64,000 nt of DNA from Octopus vulgaris (lineage: Eukaryota). The position numbers and the translations under genes were made by a program. The notes under the pieces were generated by a model. It searched no databases. It was not told where the DNA came from and was given only the letters and a program-made list of their open reading frames with translations. The number at the start of each line of letters is the position of its first letter. Positions within the stretch are counted from its first letter, which is position 1. The stretch is from assembly GCA_951406725.2 (NCBI GenBank), contig OX597838.1:40114001-40178000 (forward strand). The letters run 5' to 3'. This document shows positions 1-10,402 of this stretch, piece by piece.

Positions 1-540
1 AACGGCCACGATCGGATGGTGCTTTTTACGTGCCACTGGCACAGGTGCCAGATGAGACTGGCAAATGGCCACGATCGGATGGTGCTTTTTACGTGCCACT
101 GGCACAGGTGCCAGATGAGACTGGCAAATGGCCACGATTGGATGGTGCTTTTTACGTGCCACTGGCACAGGTGCCAGATGAGACTGGCAAATGGCCACGA
201 TCGGATGGTGCTTTTTACGTGCCACTGGCACAGGTGCCAGATGAGGCTGGCAAATGGCCACGATCGGATGGTGCTTTTTACATGCCAATGGCACAGGTGC
301 CAGATGAGACTGGCAAATGGCCACGATCGGATGGTGCTTTTTACGTGCCACTGGCACAGGTGCCAGATGAGACTGGCAAATGGCCACGATCGGATGGTGC
401 TTTTTACATGCCACTGGCACAGGTGCCAGATGAGACTAGCAAACAGCCACGATCGGATGGTGCTTTTTTACGTGCCACTGGCACAGGTGCCAGATGAGAC
501 TGGCAAACGGCCACGATCGGATGGTGCTTTTTACGTGCCA
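1..540 (-). repeat. 63-bp minisatellite (~8.5 copies, runs off the window edge), derived from the internal repeat of the RTE-family 3' UTR
   Basis: Unit ggccacgatcggatggtgctttttacgtgccactggcacaggtgccagatgagactggcaaat recurs at 4, 67, 130 etc. (21-aa period in the ORF track). The same unit occurs in RTE 3' ends at ~7350-7500 and ~26100-26185. Confidence 0.9.
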
Positions 541-894
541 AAATAAAAATAGTAAGGAATGGTAAAAAAAAAAGTCAATTCCAAGGTAATATCCATAGGT
601 TATGAGATTACATCCTATTCCAATTTACTTGAAATACTTATGAATATGATTGTAATTAATAAATAGATCCAATTAATGTTTGCAGGTTGATGTTTGTTAA
701 TGAAATTCTCTTCTCCATTTTCTTCTTTGCCTTATAAATTCTAGGCAAATTCCTCTTTACCCCCAATGCATACCTATTATTCAATTATGCTATTGCTTTG
801 CAACAGTAAGCATTTGGATATAAATACATAGGTATACATCCAGTAGTATATTAGACATTTATTATCCCTTAGATGCTTGCTTAACCTCTAACTC

Positions 895-922
895 ATATAT
901 ACACACACATATATATAGATAT

Positions 923-961
<39 letters not shown>

Positions 962-1150
962 CACATACATATAAACAGACATGCATACATATATACATGT
1001 AAATATACACACACATAGACATATATATATATATATATATAAACACACACAGACACATATATATATATACATACATACATATTTGTGTGTATATATATAT
1101 GTACATATATATATTTGTTTATATATATATATATATACATATATGTATTT

Positions 1151-1224
<74 letters not shown>

Positions 1225-1257
1225 TTGTTTATATATATATATACACATATATTTATA

Positions 1258-1305
<48 letters not shown>

Positions 1306-1365
1306 TATTTATATATATATATACACACATATATATTTGTTTATACACACACACAATATATATAA
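895..1365. repeat. (TA)n/(CA)n compound microsatellite
   Basis: Directly visible dinucleotide tracts. Confidence 0.95.
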
Positions 1366-3501
1366 TAAACATGCATACAGGATTCACCAAAAGCCAAAGA
1401 AGAGATAGACGAAATGATGCCCCAATTGTCCACAGAAGAGATGTCCACTGTTGCTGAGTTTGAGAAAGTAAAGTCAAAAAAAAAAAAAAAATGAAGCCAC
1501 ATGTTGACAAGCATTAAAGATTATGAGTTGGAAAATGAATTTAGTGAAAGCGTTCAGCTGAACTGAAAAGAAAATAACCTGCTGCACTCATTCGTCACAG
1601 AAGACAAAGGATATTGTGCAGGTTGTGGAGGGGTGGAGTATGAAGAGAGTGTGGTGTTAGTAAGTTATCAGTGGTATTTTGGGGTTTTTTTTGTATATAA
1701 ATTACACAGAACCATGTGCTGTGATGTGCTTTCTCTTTCAATTTGATAGGAACGACAGTCAGTGAGTGCTGAGCTCAAAACTTATTTACGGTTTGATCAC
1801 AAACAGATCTTTGTAGCTGTTGCTATAGTCATCCTTGTTGTGTGGCCCCTAAGGAAGCTCCAAAGAATAAAAGAACACTGGTGTACAGGCATTGGATTTA
1901 ATGACAAAAGATACGAGTCATCCATCTGTTGTTTTTCCAATCAATCACCATGCCCCTCCCCACTCTGATAGGCAGGGTTTAATCATATGAAGAGGTTGGG
2001 ATGTGTTGCACTCACTCCCCTTCCACTTGCCCAGTATATTTTTGAGCAAACGCCGCTGTTGTTAGGTCGAGCTCTGCCTTCGTTGATCAGGAAACCTATG
2101 AGTAAAAGCATTCCAGTTACGCCTATCACCTCTACTTTCCAACATGCAAAAAATCCAGTACCACATTATTTAACATGTCCTTTTCTCAGATAGCAAGGTG
2201 TGATGTGAGGAAGATTTAGCTAAGAATAGGTTCCCAATGGTAGGCATGGTCAACTCAATCAGTGTGACACCTGCTGTTCCTCTACACTTCACAGACGACG
2301 GTGTAGACCCCAACATAGCATTTAAGGGCTGATGACATCACTGAGGGTGGAAGCTATATTTTTGTGCATGTGTTTTTGGTTCATAAGTTTGTCTATGGAA
2401 GCAACAAAGTTTTAGGATGGTGTTGTAGATGTACCTGGCTTTTGGGTGGTATTTAGACGTACCTGGTTGTTTTAATATGGTGTTGTAGATGCATCAAGGT
2501 ATTTTGGGGGTGATTTCACACATCCATGCATTTGTGTCTCATTTCTGATATCGAATCCTTGCATAAGTGATGTTTTGTGTTCTTTGCAGCTAGTTTTGGA
2601 GCTGAGTCCAAGGTTGCAATAATATCTGATGAATCTAATATATTCTTTGTAGATCAGTTTTGTTTTGATTGAATGTAGCAGTGGAGAGCACTCTTAAGTA
2701 TGACAGTCGATCCTTTTGCTTTCTTCACCATGCCTTCTGTGTGTGTGTGTGTGATGAATATCATAGAGGTGTTGCATGCAACCCTTAGTATCTTGCTTCA
2801 GAGAGAGAGAGAGTGTGTGTGTGAATGTGATGGTTGGTGGTATTTGATACTCTGGCTACAGGTGGAAGCAGTTGACTTCATAGGTGCTCCTTCAAGAGTG
2901 ATGATTTGGAGCCAAGTTTCAAGATGAATGATGTAGAGGTTTAAGTTCTACAGCTATGCCTGGAGAATGTTGAGGAGAGGATGTGAGTGTGTCATCGACT
3001 ACATATGAGTCTGCTGTGTGGTATACTTTGTCAAGTGATTGAAAGGACGGATCCTTGCTGTACTCCATTTAAGACATTTTAAACTTTAGAAAGTATTGTT
3101 TTTGTGTACAACATACAAAGATCTGCTGTTGATGACGATGGTGAATGTAAGAACACCACCCCCACTGCTAAATCTGTCCCTGGACAATGGTTCTGTTTCA
3201 AGGACCAGAGAAACATGATGCAAATACACAATGGCATGGATCCATACTGTTTTGTTGTAGATCTTTAGGGGACAGCAAACTGTACATGGATAGAAGGACA
3301 GATTTCAAAAGTGTTTTGCTATCCCCTCCAGTAGGAAAATACAGAAGCTTTGGCTCAAACTATGGCTTACAAACTTCAGGAACAGCTGGATAACACAGCC
3401 AAGAGGATCTACACTGGTATGTAGAACTTGAAGTATATCTATCACACATACAGGAAGCATATCACCAGCAATTGAACCTTCACTCAGCTGTATGTTTTTT
3501 C

Positions 3502-4713
3502 TTATATCTGGCCTGGTGGAGCTCCAACGCTTTGGAGAACACTATTGGTTATTAGAGCATCACAACAGATATTGGTGGGATTGCTGGATCGGCACGGATT
3601 TGTGTGGATCTTAAAATGTCTTTTGAGGAGACTCTGTGTTGCGAATGCTCCATTACACACTTGGCATTTGAATGGTCGAATCCCAGTGTGAATTGTAATG
3701 TGCTCCTTTAGAGAGCTGCTCCGGGAGAATGATGACCCACATTCAGAGCAATGGAAAGCTTTGATGCCAGTATGTACTTGGTTGTGCTTCTTCAGGTCAC
3801 TTCGTTGTATAAATGCTGCAGGGCACAGTGGGCATTTGAATGGTTTGATTCCCAGATGAATTTTGCGATGGCGCTTTAGCAGGCTTTGTGTTGTGAACGC
3901 TACGCCGCAGTCTTCACACTTGAGTGGTTTCTCGCCATTATGAATCGCATGGTGTTGCTTTAAGGAATGTCTGCGAGAAAAAGCAGCCGGACAGCTTGTA
4001 CACTTGAATGGTCTTTCACCAGTGTGGACTCGACCGTGTTTAACAAGGTCACTGTTTTGTGCAAAAGCGGCATCGCACAAATCACAGGAATATGGTTTGA
4101 CTCCAGCATGGAGAAGTCTGTGCCGATTGAGAAGGCTGTGTGTGGTGAAGCCGGAACCACAGAATTGGCAGACATATGGCTTTTCCCCAGTGTGGCACAT
4201 GCGGTGCTGTTTGAGTGAGCTGCGGCGGGAGAAAGCTGCAGAGCAGAGGTCACAAAGGAAGTCTTTTTCTCCAGTGTGTGTCTTGCGATGTTTTGAGAGG
4301 TCACTACGCTGGATAAAGGCAGCAGGACATAGGTCACATTGGTGTGGCCTGATGCCCGAGTGAATCATAGCATGTCTTTGGAGTAGGCGTTGAGTGGAAA
4401 AGGCTGATGTACAAGACATCACAGGGCATGGGAAGGGTTTGTCACCAGAGTGGTTCATTTTGTGCTGCTTGAGTGAGGTGTTGCGTGAAAATGCAGCTGG
4501 ACAAACGTCACATTTAAAGGGCTTCTCACCTGTGTGGACACGTCGGTGCTTCACAAGGTCACTGTTTTGGGAGAAGGAAAGAGGGCAGATGTCACATTGA
4601 AATGGCTTTTTGTCAGAATGGATTGTAGCATGTCTTTTCATAAGGTATTCAGTAGCAAATGTTGAGCCACATGTTTCACACCGAAAAGATTTTATCGGTA
4701 CCAACTCTGACAT
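3502..4713 (-). CDS. C2H2 zinc-finger protein, 403 aa, 13 tandem fingers, no visible effector domain
   Basis: Uninterrupted ORF with 13 C-x2/4-C-x3-F-x5-L-x2-H-x3-H motifs joined by TGEKP-like linkers. The ATG has A at -3 (ccataATG). Confidence 0.95.
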   Translation of the reverse strand: MSELVPIKSFRCETCGSTFATEYLMKRHATIHSDKKPFQCDICPLSFSQNSDLVKHRRVHTGEKPFKCDVCPAAFSRNTSLKQHKMNHSGDKPFPCPVMSCTSAFSTQRLLQRHAMIHSGIRPHQCDLCPAAFIQRSDLSKHRKTHTGEKDFLCDLCSAAFSRRSSLKQHRMCHTGEKPYVCQFCGSGFTTHSLLNRHRLLHAGVKPYSCDLCDAAFAQNSDLVKHGRVHTGERPFKCTSCPAAFSRRHSLKQHHAIHNGEKPLKCEDCGVAFTTQSLLKRHRKIHLGIKPFKCPLCPAAFIQRSDLKKHNQVHTGIKAFHCSECGSSFSRSSSLKEHITIHTGIRPFKCQVCNGAFATQSLLKRHFKIHTNPCRSSNPTNICCDALITNSVLQSVGAPPGQI

Positions 4714-4821
4714 TATGGTGGATTTGACAGACTAAAAAGTCAACCATATATTACATAATCACTTAAAATGATGTTTTACTTTGGATTTGGCTAAACCAAT
4801 GTTGATGCCAGAAAGTGTCAC
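4714..4821 (-). other. Putative 5' UTR part of the ZNF coding exon (splice acceptor at 4822/4821)
   Basis: Minus strand reads ...ctgacacattctgttcag|gtgacac: AG acceptor with pyrimidines and a branch-like ctgac. Not confirmed by transcripts. Confidence 0.45.
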
Positions 4822-5211
4822 CTGAACAGAATGTGTCAGTTGAACTTTAAATTTCATTTAAAAACGTGTGTATGTGTGTGTGGTTTTGGGCATGTTCCTA
4901 TATGTAGATAAGTGACAATGGTGTGTGTGTGTGTGTGGGGGGGATTTATTGAATCACTTTTTGAAATTATAGGATTTTTGGAAGTTGTTCTAAAAACAAT
5001 AAGTGCTTATCGTTATTGTTGTTGTTAATATTATTACTATAATGAAATATTTGCATGTTTGTATTTCATATCATTAGCATCGCCAAAACCAAAACACCAC
5101 AATATAAACACACAAATGCTCTCGTCTCAAATATTAACACTATTCAAATGTATTTAGCAAAATCTGGATTATTAATCCCAGTAACATACAGAAAATCATT
5201 CAAGCTTCCTA

Positions 5212-5250
<39 letters not shown>

Positions 5251-5657
5251 ATTTACAAAGGAAGAACAGCAATTTAAATACAACTTCATCAAGATAGAAC
5301 CTTTGTTCTTCTTACGCTTGCTTTCTCCTCTTTATACTTTTGCTAACAATTAAGAACAGGGTTATGACTTTTAGGCTTTTCAGAAAGGTTCGTTTCATTA
5401 ACGAGGACAAACAGCACAGATGAAACAATCATCCGATGATAAAGTTGAAATGAGAGCAATGAAACATCAAAGACAAAAACAAAAATTAAATAAATAAAAA
5501 TAAAATTTAAATATTGGTTTCTTTCCTTTTTTCCCTTGTTTTTTTCTTCTTTTTGTTACCTTTGTCACAGATATAACGATGTCATTAAAACATAGGTTCT
5601 AGTATCAAATAACTGTGACGATGGAAGAATCATGGTACCTTTCAATGGTTTTATCAC

Positions 5658-5894
5658 CTCCCAATTTTCATCAAGTGATAGGAAGGAAGACTTTTCATTT
5701 TGAAGCATATATCCAAATTCAATGCAACAAGCTGTCCCTTAAATGTGGTTTCTTGCAGGTTGTCAGAACAGAAGTTAACTCCTTCATATGAACAGGTAGT
5801 AGTAGTAGAAGTGCTGGTGCAATAATGGTGAAGATGATGACAATGATGATGATGGTGGTGGTGGTGGTGGTAGAGGTGTTCTTGCAAGTAAAAC
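5658..5894 (-). other. Putative upstream (probably non-coding) exon of the ZNF gene
   Basis: Minus strand: acceptor ctctctaacactttctgttggcag|gttttac and donor attgggag|gtgata. Content is unique sequence with a (CAC/CAT)n tract. Confidence 0.4.
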
Positions 5895-6784
5895 CTGCCA
5901 ACAGAAAGTGTTAGAGAGTTATTAAGGTTATGACACACTTCAAACAGAAAAAAACATAATTCATTACAGATAAATATGACAAGCCAATGTCATCAAATTA
6001 GGATATACTATATGAGGGAGCATTCTCTAAACAGTGCACCACAAGAGACATCTAAGTGCCTTGCAGATTTTAAAAAAATATAATTTAACCCTTTTGATAC
6101 AAACTGGCCTGGAATTATCTCTGGTTCTATGCTGTAGCTTTCCTATTTTAAAATGCTATAAATTACAAGCCTTCAAAATACTGTGCTAATTTATGTTTCA
6201 GACACCAACTTAATGATCACAAGGTTAATTTGGAAAATTCTTACAGGCTGTAAGTGTTACAAAGTTCACTTTGCAGCCACGTCTTCTACTACAACCCTGG
6301 ACCAACCAATATCTGGTGAGTGAATTTTGGAGACAAAACCTGAGGAAGCCACAGGTATCACACACACACACACACATACACACACATATAGTCAACAAAT
6401 GAGAACCAGAGATTCTCAATATAAAAGACACTTGGTAGTACTCAAATGATTCACACTTAGACTGATATTTTCACAGGGGATCAATTCTGAAGAGTAAAAA
6501 ATGGTTATAAGAATCCCCCATTTGCACTTCTTTGCATTATGATCTGAATTGTAAGATCTTTTCTACCCTCATGAGGGTACATCTACCAACATTATAATGG
6601 ATTTCCAAGCTCCCAGAAACAGTTGTTGGACTTATTATACCTTTCTTCTACCCCTTTAATTTTCTCATTCATTTGTACTCTGTATATGTTGGAGCTATTT
6701 ATATAAATATCTATATTTTTATTCTTAAATAGTCATCATCTGAAAGTCTCCCATTTTGCTTTTACTCATTTTCCATCTATACAC

Positions 6785-7187
6785 ATGACTGGCCCCGCAC
6801 TGGGGGCACGTGAAAAGCCCTATTCAAGCATGGTCATTGCCAGTTCCATTTGACCGCTTCCCATGCCGGTGGCTCGTAAAAAGCACCATTCGGGTATGGT
6901 TGATGCCAGTGCCAGCTGACTGGTCCTGTGCCGGTGGCATGTAAAAAGCACCATTTGAGTGTGGTCATTGCCAGTGCCGCCCCACTGGCTCCTGTGCCAG
7001 TGGAACATAAAAAACACCTACTACATTCTCGGAGTGGTTGGCATTAGGAAGAGCATCCAGCTGTAGAAAGTTTGCCAGATCAGAATGGAACCTCGTGCAG
7101 CCTTCTGGCTTGCCAGCGCTCAGTCAGACCATCCAACCCATGCCAGCATGGAAAGCGGAAGTTAAATGATGATGATGATGATGATGA
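6785..7187 (+). mobile_element. RTE-family 3' UTR fragment with (GAT)n tail
   Basis: Internal ~60-bp repeats (gtggcatgtaaaaagcaccat), terminal ccaacccatgccagcatggaaagcggaagttaaat and a gatgatgat tail. Confidence 0.8.
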
Positions 7188-7234
7188 TATTTTGTATTTC
7201 ATACCCAAGCTATTATATTTAATCACCACTCTCT

Positions 7235-8195
7235 ATCATCATCATCGTTTAATGTCCGTCTTCCATGCTAGCACGGGTTGGATAGTTCGACCGGGGTCTG
7301 GGAAGCTGGATGCCCTTCCTAATGCCAACCACTCCGTGAGTGTAGTGGGTGCTTTTTACGTGCCACCAGCACAGGTGGCAGGGGAGGCTGGCAATGGCCA
7401 CGATCGGTTGGTGCTTTTTACGTGCCACCAGGACAGAAGCCAGTCAAGGCGGCGCTGGCATCAGCCACATTCGGATGGTGCTTTTTACATGCCACTGGCA
7501 CATGTATCACAACTACAATTTCCATTTGATATTTATTTTGATGTTGATGTACTTGAGTCAATAGGTCTCCTCAAGCACAGCGGGTCACCCTACGATCCAA
7601 GGTAAGCACAGCAAGTCATTCTGAAATCCAAGGTACTTTGGATGGGCTGGGGCTAAGCAAAACTGGTGCAGGATACAGCCATGAACTCACGTTATTTGTC
7701 GGGTCTTTGCAGTCACAGCATATCTCCAGAGATCTCGGTCTTTCGTCATTGCTTCTGTGAGGCCCAACGTTCGAAGGTCATACTTGACCACCTCATCCCA
7801 GGTTTTCCTGGGTCTACATCTACCCTGGATTCCTTCAACTGTTTGGGAGTAGCACTTCTTCACACATCTCTCCTCATCCATCCGTAGTACATGACCATAC
7901 CAGCGCAGACGTCTCTTTTGCACGTCACATCCAATGCTTCCTATGTCCTGCATCTCTCTCAGGGCGCTTACACTCTGTCGTGTGTGCACACTGACATTAC
8001 ACATCCAGCGGATCATGCTAGCTTCATTTCTCTCAAGCCTACACATGCCCTCTGCAGTCACAGCCCATATTTCACTACCGTGAAGCATGGCAGTTCACAC
8101 ATATGCATCGTACAATCTACCCTTCACTCTGAGCAAGAGACCCTTTGTCACCAGTAGGGGTAGGAGCTTTCTAAACTTTGCCCAGGCTATTCTTA
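7235..8195 (-). mobile_element. RTE LINE 3' fragment (RT C-terminus plus 3' UTR)
   Basis: ORF 7687-8088 has MLHGSEIW, RRLRWYGHVLR and GRCRPRKTW, typical of the RTE C-terminus. The 3' UTR ends in (GAT)n on the minus strand. Confidence 0.85.
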
Positions 8196-8269
8196 TTCAG
8201 CAAAAGTTTGTGGTCGTCTGCAAGGGTCGGCTGTTTTGCAATATATGCATATATCTCTGTCTGTCTGTA

Positions 8270-8304
<35 letters not shown>

Positions 8305-10242
8305 GAAAAAGAAAAAGCAGACAAAGAAGCCTGGGCTATAGACAACATAAAATCTAACCCCAGAGCTTTCTACAAGTTTGCCAAAGAAACAGCTATGGTG
8401 CACTGTAGGATAGGGCCACTCCTTGAAAAAGATGGTACACTCACAGGAAATCCAATGAGGATAAGTGAAATACTAAATGAGCAATTCAAGAGTATTTTCA
8501 CTCCACCCCTAGGGCACTTTCAAGTCAGCAATCCAACTGACTTCTTTACCACTACAGATATAAAATCAGAGGCAATGGTGATTGATTACATCAATATAAA
8601 GGAAGACGATGTAATAAAGGCTATAGATGAAATGAACCCAAACTCAGCTACTGGTCCCAATGGATTCCCAGCAATCCTTCTAAAAGTATGTAAGAGAGTC
8701 CTAGCAGTTCCTGCAGTTCCTCTTTCAGAGCTTCCTTGCAACTGGCAAACTTCCAAGAAAACTGAAGGAGGGTAAAATATGCCCTATTCATAAAGGAGGT
8801 AGCAGAGCGGAGGCCAAGAACTACAGACCTATCTCTCTGACCTCACACATCAGCAAGGTCATGGAACGAATAGTCAGAAGGAAACTAATCGCCTTCCTTG
8901 AAGAAAATAACTTGCTGCCTGACACCCAACATGGTTTCCGACCCGGAAAAAGCTGCCTAATTCAGCTCCTACAACACTATGACTGGGTGCTGAAACAACT
9001 GCTCAACCACTCAAATGTGGAAGTGATATATCTCGACTTTGCAAAGGCCTTTGATAAAGTCGATCATGGAATGATATGTCACAAACTCCGTGATCTTGGC
9101 ATAGTTGGAAAATTGGGAGAATGGCTTCATGACTTTCTGAAGGATAGAAGTCAGATGGTAGTAGCCAATGGGGCCACCTCCAATAACACGCAAATAGTGA
9201 GCGGTGTTCCGCAAGGCACTGTTTTGGGACCACTGCTGTTCATAATGGCCCTCTCAGACATGCCCTCAGCCATATGCAGAGAACCATGATCACAAGTTAT
9301 GCAGATGATACAAAAGTTTCACAGGTAATACAGAACCCTGAAGACACTATGCACCTGCATTGTGAGCTGGACAAAATATACAAGTGGGCTGAAAAGAATA
9401 GCATGCATTTCAATGCTGAAAAGTTTCAAGCTTTATGCTATCAGCATGCAAAACTAAATGCAATACCCAATAAATACACTGGACCTGGAGGGATTGCAAT
9501 CCCAGAGGCACAATCAGTGCGAGACCTGGGTATTTACATGAATAATGATGCAACCTTTCATGTACATGTTGCTAAATTGGCAATGAAATGTAGGCGGCTG
9601 ACCGGATGGATTCTTAGAGCTTTTAGAACAAGAGACCAGGAAACCACGATGGTCCTCTGGAGGACACTTGTCCAAAGCCACTTTGACTATTGCTCTCAGC
9701 TATGGTCAACAATCAGTGTCAAATTAATCACAGAACTTGAGGCGATCCAATGATGCTACACACAGAAGATAGCCTCTGTGCAGCATATAAGCTATTGGGA
9801 AAGACTCAAGAGATTAAGACTCTATTCCTTAGAGTGTAGGCGAGAAAGATATGCCATAATATACATCTGGAAGGACTTGTCCCACACTTTGGCATCGAGA
9901 GTTACACAAATACTAGAACTGGGCACCACTGCATAGTGCGAAGGACTCCAAATTTGCCATCAAGATGTAGGACAAGATACTGTGATAGCTTGGGCTTCAG
10001 AGGTCCACAGTTCTTCAATATCCTCCCGAAGGAACTGAGAAACCTGCATGGGGTGTATGCAGATGTCTTTAAAATATGCTGGACCTTGTTCTGTCAGGTG
10101 TCCCAGATGAACCAACGTCACGGCAGGAGGTGCAGATGAGGGCAGCTGCATCAAACTCTCTCATGCACCAAATGGCAATTGCTAAAAAGCATTCGTGAAG
10201 TAAAATCATGTAGCAACACCGAATGGCGGTGCCCCAGCATGA
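8305..10242 (+). mobile_element. CR1-group LINE, 5'-truncated, frameshifted RT
   Basis: Motifs NYRPISLTS, QHGFRPGKSC, YLDFAKAFDKVDH, SGVPQGTVLGPLLF, SYADDTK, VRDLGI and DYCSQLW. The 3' end is ggcggtgccccagcatg. Confidence 0.9.
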
Positions 10243-10402
10243 TCCATATATATATGGCCTGCTCGCTTAGCCAGCAGGGTGGCGTCATTCGAAGGCTAAA
10301 ACAATGCGAACGCATTGTGACCAGCGATGTGTAACAACATCTGATGGTCTGGTTGGTCACGTGATCACGTGATATATATATATATCCATATATATATATA
10401 AA

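Noticed and set aside
16-546. Repetitive ORFs (MVLFTCHWHR... and MPLAQVPDE...) and a possible CRISPR-like array
   Set aside because: They are by-products of a stop-free 63-bp unit. There are no unique spacers or cas genes, and the context is eukaryotic TE sequence.
862-1510. YI/VC/HT-repeat ORFs here and throughout the window
   Set aside because: Translations of (TA)n, (TG)n and (CA)n microsatellites.
3960-4600. Overlapping and antisense ORFs within the ZNF gene
   Set aside because: Typical shadow frames of C2H2 arrays, with no independent support.
5654-5938. Poly-His ORF as an N-terminal coding exon of the ZNF
   Set aside because: The His run is a CAC/CAT microsatellite and the listed start lies upstream of the likely acceptor. 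I could not establish an open frame joining it to the ZNF ATG.
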